A stretch of DNA of 61,315 nt, the filler included. It is 6 parts of 6 records of this genome, joined end to end, with 100 filler letters (N's around TTAATTAATTAA, not from the genome) between each part and the next. Parts side by side here need not be neighbours in the genome. Positions count along the whole stretch, not along the records: positions 1 to 13,043 come from SRR7504441_882; 5 more parts are not named here. One strand, written 5' to 3'. Shown one piece after another: positions 1 to 10,400 of this stretch (positions within the stretch are counted from its first letter, which is position 1; each line of letters starts with the position of its first letter). The notes beneath the pieces were generated by a model that was given only the letters and a program-made list of their open reading frames with translations, was not told where the DNA came from and did not search any database. The translations under genes were made by a program, and so were the position numbers.

Positions 1-160
1 CAACCTACGCGCCCCAGAAACCTATGCTCGAGATACATAACCCCATACATCATTACCCACTCCCCTCCCATTGGTGAGGCAAATGCACTCCCGCTTGTGA
101 GACACTCCCGAGGCGACCCTGCAACCTGTGGGAAGTTGGTGTGGACTTAAGTATGAAAAT

Positions 161-660
161 TAAGGGTTCAAGCCGAGGACAGCCCCTCGACTACAAAACA
201 CAAAGAGTATATTTTACACAAACGAATCGATTATTGAATGGTGATCTAATGGTGATCAGAGTTCACGACTTAGCTACTCTGGATTAAAAGCAATTATGTA
301 GCTAGCGGTCAAATAGAATTACTAGAAGTCTAGAAAAGCGCACTGTTAGAGTCAAAATGGATATGTTATAGTCCGTTAGACGCCGTCGGTGCTAGCGTAC
401 ATTCAATGTTCATGGAGCCACCAAACACGAGCACGGAGCGCCCAAGCGCCGACCGTTGATTTCTTGCAATAATTATAATTGCACGCTGACTACAGCCAAC
501 TAACAGCCAACGCACTGGTGCCCAGGCACTATAATTTTTGGGCGGGGGGCTCCTTTTGGGCGCTTGTTCCGACACACCCCGCTGTTTATTGATACACTCA
601 TGCTCAAGATTTTGTCCAATCCGGTGCTAAGGTTCAAGCGGAGGACCGCGCCTCGACTGC
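161..660 (+). repeat. Imperfect direct repeat pair (161-194 and 628-660), each containing a GAGG...CCTC hairpin
   Basis: TAAGGGTTCAAGCCGAGGACAGCCCCTCGACTAC vs TAA-GGTTCAAGCGGAGGACCGCGCCTCGACTGC; 29 of 34 aligned columns identical. Confidence 0.7.
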
Positions 661-720
661 AGGTAAGCTTACAATGTCATGACTGTACTAGATACATGAT
701 TGTATACTCAATATTAATCT

Positions 721-1844
721 CTAGTCAGCCCGGGTGCCGTAAACGACAACGATCTCGGCCGAACTCCCGTCATGCGTCAGCGCAAACCGCCCCACGGCCT
801 CGTCCCCGCTCCATCCCTCGCCGTTGTCGCCGAGCATTGGCTCAACCTCCGCCCCGGTCGCCTTCAGATACTCACCCACCCAGACGTCTCCGTCCGACTC
901 CGTGCCACAAAACACCCAACCGCCGGCTACGCACGCACAGACCATCACCCGGGAGCCGGACACACAAACGGCCGTGTCAAACGTCGCTTGCTTCATCTCC
1001 GGCCCTCCACAGGCCACAAACCGAATCGGAACCTCTGATCGGAACGCTCTGTCTATCAATCCGTACAGCGCGCCATTGGCCTGGACCCGGGCGGCGTACG
1101 CGTAGAGGCTCTGCGGGTGTTCGACAGCGGCGATCACTTGCTTGGCTGTATCGTGCATCCACGGCGCCATCACCTGACACAGTCGGAGTCAGAACCAGCT
1201 GCACGAGAGAGCACCCGGAACACCATCCGCATCAGCCACTGGGGCGGCTGCAGCATATCGGGGTCCGCGTGCACCAGCACTGTCACCCGGACCCGGCCGT
1301 CGCCGCTCGGCGCTAGCCGCATGCACGAGCCCGGCCCGATCTTCATCGGCTTGCACGAGCTGTCAGCAGAGCCCGGCAGGCTGTCGGCCGGCTGATCCAC
1401 GAACGTGGCGAGCAGGCAGCCATCCGAGCGCATTAAGTCCATCCCGGTGGCCGATGCCGCGAGTGAGCGGTTGGAGTACGGCCAGGGCAGCCAGACCTCC
1501 CCGTAGCAGTGCACTCGGAGCAGCGACGGCACGTCCAGGATCTCGGTGCACGGCGTGTACTTGTTCCAAGTCTTGAGCAGATCAAACTCCCGCGCCAGGC
1601 TCATTACCGTGCTGCACTCGCAGGCGTAGCAGGCGCTGAAGCTGAGCGAGTGGTACCTGCCCCGCTGGGTGTACCGCAGCTCAAGCTCATCCTCCGTCCT
1701 CTCCAGCACAAGCCGCCAGCCCGCCGCCTCGGCCAGACCCGCCAGCGCCTGGTCCGCCGCCTCGCACTGCCGCTGGGCCTCCGGCAGCGCCGCGGCGGCC
1801 TCCCGGACCCGACCTGCCTCCAGCAGCCCCGCAGGATCGGCCAT
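721..1844 (-). CDS. START/SRPBCC-like lipid-binding domain protein, at least 2 exons
   Basis: Motifs REFDLLKTWNKY, WLPWPYSNR and DPDMLQPPQWLMRMVFR; GT-AG intron 1174-1214 (41 nt, CTGAC branch) joins ORF 1170..1850 to ORF 721..1173. Confidence 0.7.
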
Positions 1845-1912
1845 GTTCACAACAGCGCGGAAGTCGTTGCAAATGGAGCAGCTGGTGGTAGGAGAAGGGG
1901 GCGTGCTGTAGG

Positions 1913-2856
1913 ATGACGTTGCACGTGGGAGCGGTGGCCAACGTGCTGACCGAGCTGCAGCGGCAGACCGCGTCGCTCGAGAGCCAGATCTCGGGCTACT
2001 GCGACTCGATCCGCGCCATCTCGAACGAGATCAACTCGAGCACCGCCGCTGCCACCGACGGATCCCCCAAGGCGCCCCGCCCCCGGCAGGCTGGGCTCAT
2101 CCCGGACGGCAGCCAGCCGAGCTGAGCCGTCTGGAGGCGGAGATCCAACAAGAGCGGTCGCGGCTGGTTCAGCTCCAGGCAGACATGGACAGGCAGCGCA
2201 ACCAGCCACCGGATGAGTGACTGACCTCCCGCAGGCAGCAGAGCGCATCGGAGCGCCAGTACAGCACGCTGCTCCAGGGCAACCAAGGTACCCGCCGCGC
2301 ACCGCATCCGCCCCGCCGCTCGGCCCGGGTCGGGCCTGATTCGGGCCGGGCAGCGGCGCGGATGCAGTGCGTGGCACTAGACAGTGAAATCGCCCAGCTG
2401 CGGGGGGAGCTGTCGGCGCAAGGAGCGGCCAATGTGGAGGCCGGGGTGCGGAAGGAGGCGCTGCGGACTGAGCTGGGGCTGCTCACCCAGCAGAGAGAGT
2501 CGTGGCGCGCGCAGGCAATGGAAAAGGTGCGGGGTTCTTCGAGGGCGGCGTGAGCTTGAGGGCAGGCTCGGCAGCTCGAACAGCGACACACCGAGCTGAC
2601 GGGCTCGCGGTGCGGGGCGGGGGGAGGGTGTGTGCCGAGCTCGGGGGCAGGACGGAGCTGGAGTTGGTCACTAGGCAACTCCAAGAAGAACTAAACGACT
2701 TGAAGGACGCCAGGGCCACGGCCGACACGGGGCTGGATCAGGCAGCCTAGCGGCGATGGCCGGCCAGCTGAGCGCAGGCAGGCTCGCCGGCTGCTCGAGA
2801 AGGCGCTTGTGCTCAACCAGCAGCTGGTGTCTAAATTAAAGCGGCTCAAGGCCTGA
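1913..2856 (+). CDS. Small multi-exon coiled-coil protein, function unknown
   Basis: Heptad-rich exons (LTELQRQTASLESQI, LDSEIAQLRGEL, LQEELNDLKD) joined by short introns, including GC-AG introns 2072-2112 and 2193-2234. Confidence 0.6.
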
Positions 2857-3177
2857 ATAACTGGAGCTGGACAAGGCTCTTGACTCATTCACGGCTGTAT
2901 GATTGCTGTATTAATGATGCGAGTATGACGAGGGCAGCCGCGTCGGCCGATTCATGGGATGGTTACAGCTTGAGAGTAGACGCGATGGGTGTACTCTGAT
3001 AATACTCGGCTTGAGTGAACGCGACGGGCGTGTGCTTCAGATCTGATAATAGTGTACGAGACGTACTTAATTAAATGATTGTTACATGACATTATATAAC
3101 GCTATAACAAGGCTAGCGATCGTATTAAAATCCTTCTTATATTCTATTGATGATGCATAATTATGATTGTTCGTCAG

Positions 3178-5975
3178 CTACCAGAAGGGTGGGCTCCATG
3201 AGCTAGGGGTTCCTTGATGCTCCTTTGTTGTCGGTCGGTTGGGATAGTTGTCAAGGTCGTCGTCCCCATGTGATATTGGCCTAATTGGAGCTCGCAACTC
3301 TCGCCTTTGAAGAGCACCATAGTCCAGACCTTCAGAAACAAAGGCCGTATGCTCATACACGTCACGTGCCCCACGCCGGCCGAGCCCAAGCCTTAGCTCG
3401 GGGTTGGGCTCGAGAAGCGAGCGAATGAAGTGATGAACTTTGATTGGCACGTTCCAGGGGAATGCCACATTCCCGTTCCTAATACGGTGCTGGATGCCCA
3501 TGGCGGCGGGATTGATCTTATCGCGCAGCGCGTTGTACAGATCAGGCATCCCAGCATCCACTGCTTGTGCTGCAAAGGGCGGATGCCCCGAAAGGAGATA
3601 GTAACTCAAGCAACCAAGCTGCCAAAAGTCGACAGATTTGTCGTACCCTTGCTTTGTCACCATCTCAGGGGGCATGTAGTGAGGTGAGCCACAGACTGTG
3701 TACGTTTTCTCTGTCACCTTTTTTGCACGGCCCATGGCAACAAGTTTAGGGTAACCATCCAGAGCGGAGCCACTAAATTCTCAAGTGTGCTAGCACATCC
3801 CGACGGACCCACCTCGCCCAAAAGCAAGCTGTTCTCAAAACATTTCACCAAACCGGACAGGACGATGCAGAAATTTGGCCACTCCTCGCCTTCATGCACG
3901 ATTTCGCTCCCAGCAGCGATTTGCTTATGAATAAACCCTCGGGTCATTGCAGCCAGGTCGCCAGGTTGCCACTGAACATCAGGGTACTGCATGAGAATCA
4001 CCCGCCTCAAGACTTGCTCCCTAATCAACTGCAGGACCTGACCCTCTTCCCCCGTTACTTGGATCCGGTACTGTAGAAATCTGACATAGTCTTCCTCCCT
4101 GAGCTTATAAACAACCACCAGGGGACCCTCAGTTCTAGCACCAGTGCCTCCACACCGGTTGCAGAGATATTGCTTGCTAGAGATTGTGCCAAGCCCCATG
4201 CACTTCCTGCATTCTTTCCCGACACGAACTGAGCATTCTCTTGGTGTGTCAAAGAGCAATGAAGCCTCTCCGAAGCAGTCAGATTCAGCTAGACGCACCA
4301 CTTGTTTGTCAGGAATGTCCCCACCTGTCATGAAGCAGTTCCCATCGCGGATGAAATATAGTGCTTTATCTGTTGGATGCCCAACCTGGATGAGCTCGAT
4401 TCCAGGCTCGTATACCATGGGTATAAGTGTCTCGCCAAGCCAATGGATACACTCTTCATTGGTGTTTGAGCGCATCGGGAACAGTGATGAGTTGCGAAGG
4501 CAGTCATGCAGCTGGTCAAACATCCGAGCGGGCCAGGGCAGGCCACAGCACTGATTGAACTCAGCTCGGCTCAGGGCAAAGCAGATGCTCGGCTTTTGAG
4601 CACACACTGTTCGCTGGCACCGATCGTCCGAGAAGAGACCAGCATCGCCAAAAACTGCACCGATAGACTGATCACACTGTCCAAATGGCCGTGAATCCTG
4701 CAGCACACAGCGATGAGCCGTGCAGTTATTATGCCGCTGACCTTGAGAAACGCAAACTCGCCAGCTTTCACGATATACATGCTTTCATTCCGGCGGTTCT
4801 CCATCAGCAGTTTGTCCCCAGCCGCAATCTCTACAGTAGACATTGTGTGTGCAACTTCATTGAATCGATCCTCGGTCAGTCCAATGAACAATATGTGGTC
4901 CTGAAGAACCGACTTAATCAGGGCGAGATCGTCCTGTGTTTTGGCCATCCGCACAGACTCGTGGCGGACAGGGAGATTGTGCAGTATGTCTTGATCTTCC
5001 ACGTCTGCTATCAAACGGCTTGGGTTCATCTGTGCCAGGTATTCATCTGACGCGATTTCCGGCTCGTCTTGCTGCTCTTGCAGCCGCCTGTACACCATGT
5101 CAGGCACATTCGGGAGGAGGTCCTCTACCGTCCTCCCTCAATACCCCGCTCGAGCAGCCCATACAGCTCCTGCACAAAGGTCAGCGTTAAACAGTGATCA
5201 ACACAACCAACACACCTGCCGACGAATGACCGTCTTCCTGCAAAGCTCTCGGGTGACCAGCCTGAGGAATTCATCTTCATTGAGCATCTGACCGTCCCCA
5301 GCCGTGAGAGCGCTCCTCCCTCGGGGTGCTCACCCCGTCATGGTCGATGTCGAATTTAACAAAGTAAGCCATAGCCTCCTCCTGAGTGAAAGTGGCTGGG
5401 AATCGCAGCACGGTGAACAGAGTCTGCCAGACAGCAGCGCTGAGTTTGGCATACTATTCTGGCACTCACGCAAAACTCTGGGAAATCTACCCCGCCGGAG
5501 CCATCCACATCATACATCGAGAAGATGTTCTCACAACGCACCACCTCGTCCTTGCTGAACGCCTTGGTCCCGCCTGCGTAGATGCCCCCATTCTTCCGCT
5601 CGGACCACACGCCGTCTGCGCACACAGCGCTTAACCCTGCCAGGGGCCCCGCCGTACTGTGGTCGAAATGCCGGTTCACCCCGCCCAGATTTCGCCTCAC
5701 TGGCACCTGAATCCGGCCTGAGCCGACGCTTCGGTGTTCGGCTTGACCTGCTCCGAGCCCACGTCCTCGGCCAGCTCGTCCGGGGAGGTCGGCCGCTCCT
5801 GAAAGTAGGAGGCTGCAGCCCGATCAGTGCGCCCCAGGCAGGCCGCGCCGTTGGTGGCTGTGAAGGAGTAGGCCGGGCGGGGGCTGGCCGGCTGGTCGAG
5901 GTCAGGCTTGAACCAGCCCGGGCTGCCCGGCGGCGACTCGCCCAGAGCCTCGGCCAGCTCGTCGATCGAGTCCAT
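3178..5975 (-). CDS. EF-hand + three cyclic-nucleotide-binding domains + AGC kinase C-lobe only (PKG-like; truncated or pseudokinase)
   Basis: EF-hand DVDGSGGVDFPE; cNMP motifs FGDAGL and FGEASLLFDTPR; kinase C-lobe TYTVCGSPHYMPPE...DFWQLG...PPF plus AGC tail; no GxGxxG, VAIK or HRD; the DFG position reads AMG. Confidence 0.7.
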
Positions 5976-6569
5976 CTCCGCTCAACTCTTTGGCGCCACT
6001 GCTCCTGATTGGGCGATTCGGTCTTCCGTTGATGCCAGGCACCAAACTGTCATCGTGGGAATCATCAAGGTGTTGGAATCGTCGAAAACATTCCGCGCTC
6101 AATCGCACAAAGATGACGTAGATCTCGAGACAATTGCAGGACAATGCAATGTCCATGGCAACATCGGGATCGCTTCAACAATGCGAAACAATTCGTGCGC
6201 GTTCATTTACATTTCCACTACACTTTATAGATCCTAATTATGGGTGTTATTAATGTACAATGGCCACGCATCTGATAGGGAGCCGAGCACCAGTTATATG
6301 CGGAGTGGACGAGTAGACAGCGACATCACTGGTTGCAGATCACCTGAAAATCCCAACGGAAAGCAGAGCTGTTGCCTTATATGGCGCTGAGGAGCAGTCT
6401 TGACACCACCGTAGCTCCATCTGGCTGAGGGGCACAGGCATCACCCAGCACGGGCACCGTTTGTCGCGCAGGTCTCTCCACGGCCTATCTTGGCCTCTTA
6501 TCATAACTAAAACAGAAGCGCAGTGAGCACATCTCGCCATCATGGTTGTTAGGTCAACAAGCATGCACG

Positions 6570-7318
6570 TTATGCCGTGAGCGTCGCTCTCTCGTGCCCC
6601 GGGAGCTCCGGCTTGTGCGGGCTCGGGTCGCGATTCTCAGCTCGCCGCAGTTGGAAGTAGACGTGTACATGCTCGACATCGAACGAGCGACTCCCGCCGT
6701 TGTCGTCATACCCCCAGGCTACACAGTCCGGGAGGTTAGAAGCCAGCCAGTCCTCAACATACTCCTCGATGTCTTGTTCGGTCATCTCTTCCCGGCACCA
6801 TAGCGTCCAGTGCTCCACCCCGTCCGGGCAATCGTACGGGAACTTGTTGGGCTCCAGGCACCACTGCCTGCCGGCCAACACTGTGCTAAGTATGAAATCC
6901 TCCCTGTTATCGAAGCGCGGGTCGTCGTCCAGATCGTCCATGTGCTCCAGTTTGCGCTTCTTGCAATCGGGGGTTCGGTCCCAGTATTCGACCTGAACCA
7001 CCAAGACCTCAGACGACTAGGGTGGGGGAGGGGGGAGAGGGGATCACCTCTAGAGTGCGCTTGGACGCCTTCCGCTTGCGCGAGGGGCCGGTGCTGCAGC
7101 TCGTGGTGACCGAGCCTGCCGCGGCCGAGAGTCAAGAGCCGCCGGTCGAGGGGCGGGGGGGGGAGCGCACCGGCGGCCGAGGATGAGCACGAGTCACATG
7201 AGCCGAGGCTCCTCGGGGATTGGTCGCCGCACTCGCTCTGTCCTGAGGACACAAGGGGACTACTAGCCCGCCCGGGTGGGGCCGCCACGGGGGACGCCTT
7301 GGGATCTTCCAAGGCCAT
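6570..7318 (-). CDS. DUF3605 (GIG1-like) HIT-related protein, 3 exons
   Basis: NKFPY...VEHWTLW...SRSFDVEHVHVYF motifs; two GT-AG introns connect ATG 7318 to ORF 6570..7004. Confidence 0.7.
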
Positions 7319-7435
7319 GTCCAGAACCTTCGCTCGGAATTTGGAAGCTCGCGGCAACGGAATCATCATCTGGGGCTCACAGCAGCAGCGGCGGCGGCAA
7401 AGCACACTGCGGCAGCGGCGGCGGCCCCGGACCGA

Positions 7436-10400
7436 ATGTTCCCGCTGGTCCGGGTCAACTCGCGCTGCCCGGCGTTCATCCGGGAGCAGGAGGCCGCCGC
7501 GCTCGGCTCCATCCTGGGCGATCAGTTTGAGTTGCTCTCTGCCGGCAACTCGTCCGACGGCGGCTGGGTCGGCGCCGCGCTGGTCCGCTGGCACTGCCCA
7601 CTCGGGGGCGGCCAGCGGTTCGAGCTGGGGCTCGAGCTGCACGCTGGGTACCCGGACGCCCCGATCGGCCTCCAAGTCCGCGCTGTGCGCGGGGCCTGTG
7701 CCGACGCGCACGCGCTGGCCGCACATCTAGCAGAGTACGCGGCCGGGCAGTGCCCTCGCGAGCACGGGTTTGCGGTCTGGTCGGAGGCGGTCGACTGGAT
7801 GGGCGCGCACCAGCCGGCGGCGTCCGAGCCGCCCGCCGAGCCCGCTGCGCCCGAGTGCATGTGGATAGGGCCAACCGAGGTGGCTGCGGCCTGGGGCGAA
7901 TCGGGCCCCGGGAGCGGGCTGGTTCTGAGCACAGTCCGGCTGTTTGTGTCGTCGACCTTCGCCGATTTCAAGGCGGAGCGAGCGGCGTTTGAGCGCGAAG
8001 TCTACCCCGCGCTCAGGCGGCTCTGTGCCGAACAAGGGTGCAGGCTGGAGCTTGCGGACCTGAGGTGGTCGATTAGAGACGAGGACTGCCTGTCCCACCA
8101 GGTGCTCCCGATCTGTCTGCAGGAAGTCGACCGGTGTCGCCGGCTCTGCCCGGGAGTCTTCTTTGTCTGCCTGCTCGGGCAGCGGTACGGATGGCGGCCT
8201 CTCCCGCCTAGGCTGGCAGAGGCCGAGTGGAGTGCCCTCCAGCGCTCAATCAGCGCGCCCCAGAGAGCGCTGATGGCACGGTGGTACCAGCAGGATAGCA
8301 ACACACTCCCACGCAGCTGGCGGCTCCGCAGAGTGCAAGGCTGCTCCGCGAGTGAGTGGGCCAGGACCGAGCGACTGCTAGGCGACGCAGTCTTCTCCCA
8401 GCCACAGCACGGGCGCTCGGTGACCCAGCGGGAACTGATGGCCGCCGCCTCGCGGATTGGTGAAGCCCCGGGGTGCTTTGCGTTTGTGAGAACAATCGAA
8501 GGGATTCCGGAGGCGGCTGAAGGGTTCAGAGATTTAAAGCTCGGAAGTACAAGGCCTGACATACAGGCCGGCCACCTGCAGCGGGAGCTAGTTGACTGCC
8601 AGCTGCCGTCGCTGCTCCCCGCCGACCAGATATGTCGGGTGCGAACGCAGTGGGACCCGGGGTCCTGCCAGCCCAGCCCACAGCATCTCCAACCGCTCTG
8701 TCGAGCCATGTTCGCCACGCTAGCCTCGGCACTTCGTGCCCAGATTCGCAGCGCAGGGGTGGCTGGGATGGCCGCCGATGAACCGGCCAGTCACTCGTGC
8801 TTCCGAGACCAGATCTTGGAGCGCGGGTTCGTGGGTCGTGAGAGCGAGCTGCAGCGGCTGCTTCGATTCTTCCAGGGGGAGGGGGACGGGCCGAGGGTTG
8901 CAATCCTGCACGGGGAGCATGGGTCGGGCAAGACCGCCCTGCTGGCCAAGACCATCGCGCTGCTCACTAAAGGCTGGTCGCTCCGCCGTTGCCAGTCCGA
9001 CCCCAACTTGCAGGAGCAGGAGCAGCTTCGGATATCGCTGGTCGTCGAGAGATTCGTTGGCGCCACGCCATCCTCGTGCGACACAGTGTTGCTCGCGAGC
9101 TCCATCTGTCAGCAGCTCGGGCACGCCTCAGCTAGCAGCAAGGAGCTCTTGCCCGAGGAGCTCCGCAGCGCCATGGAGGACTGGCTTAGGGCTGCTGCAG
9201 CGGCTGCCTGGCCTGCGGGGGTGGCGCTGGCCATAGATTCGCTCGACCAGCTCACCTCGCTTGACTGGCTGCCGCACGCTTCGGCGCTCCCGCCCAACGT
9301 CAGAATCCTAGTATCTGTGGCAAGCCAGTCAGCTCAGTTTGGTGAGGCGCGAGAGCTGTGGCCGACTGCCGAGCTGATCGAGCAACAAGAGCTCAGTTGC
9401 ACTGACCGGCTCAAGGTTGTGCTCGGCCGGCTCCGGCGGCGCAAGCGGACCATTACAACCAGCCAGCAGCAGCTCGTGGACTCGCACCTGAGCCAGTGCG
9501 GGCTCCCGCTGTACCTTTCGATCATCGCTGAGCGAGCGTGCACTTGGGCCTCGAGTGATGTCATCACCTCAGCGGCGATTGGCGACTCAATAGGCTCGGC
9601 CATCAGTGGCTTCTTCGCGTGGCTGCAGGACGAGCGCAACCACCCGCCCCGACTGCTGCACAACGCGCTCAGCTTGCTTGCCTGCGCCAAGAACGGGCTC
9701 AGTGTCGACGAGCTGAGCAAGCTGCTCTCCGATGACGAGCAAGTGTGGAAGGAATTGCTCGAGACCAGCTTCTCGGAGCCGTCCGAACGAGTGATCCCGG
9801 CCATGTGCCTCCAGCGACTGCTAGCCGACCTCGGACCGTTTCTCGTGGAGCGATTCACTGATGGCTGCATCGTGCTCGCGTTCTACCACGCCTGCTTCTC
9901 TATCCAGATTCGCAGCCTGTTCCTGGCCAAGCACGACAAGCTCCGCAGGCGGCACCAGCAACTGGCATCCTTCTTTGAGCACGAGAGGCGGCAATCCGCC
10001 CGGCCCTCGCTCCGTGTGCTCACCGAGCTCCCGTCTCAGCTGCTATGGGCAAGCGAGCTGGGCGAGCTCGGAACGCTCCTCTGTGATCTCAGGTTCATTG
10101 CAGCTATGCTTGAGTCCTCCAAACACACTGTGCTCATTCAGAATTATGACCAGCTGTTGGCACACAACGCCACGCCCGACGGGCTACGCGAGAGCGGCGC
10201 CCAGCTGCGGGCCTTTGTGGTGTCGGAGCTGCATTTGCTGCTGCACAAGCCCTCGTTGCAGCTGCTGCTCGGTCTGGCACTTAACAGCCCGTTCCAGGCC
10301 GCGCGGACTGCAGCGCACGCCGTGTTTGGCTGCAGTGAGACGGGGTCGATGCTACTGCTCGAGGTGCTGAACAAGGCGGACCAGTGGGACAGGTCGGCGC

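Noticed and set aside
470-575. U1 or U4 snRNA gene (ATTGCAC plus AATTTTTGG and a stem-loop)
   Set aside because: No ATACTTACCTG 5' end or U6-pairing sequence at the right spacing; kept only as an unexplained structured region
2970-3051. Imperfect ~40-nt tandem duplication in a convergent spacer
   Set aside because: Only two degenerate copies with no further structure; ordinary local duplication
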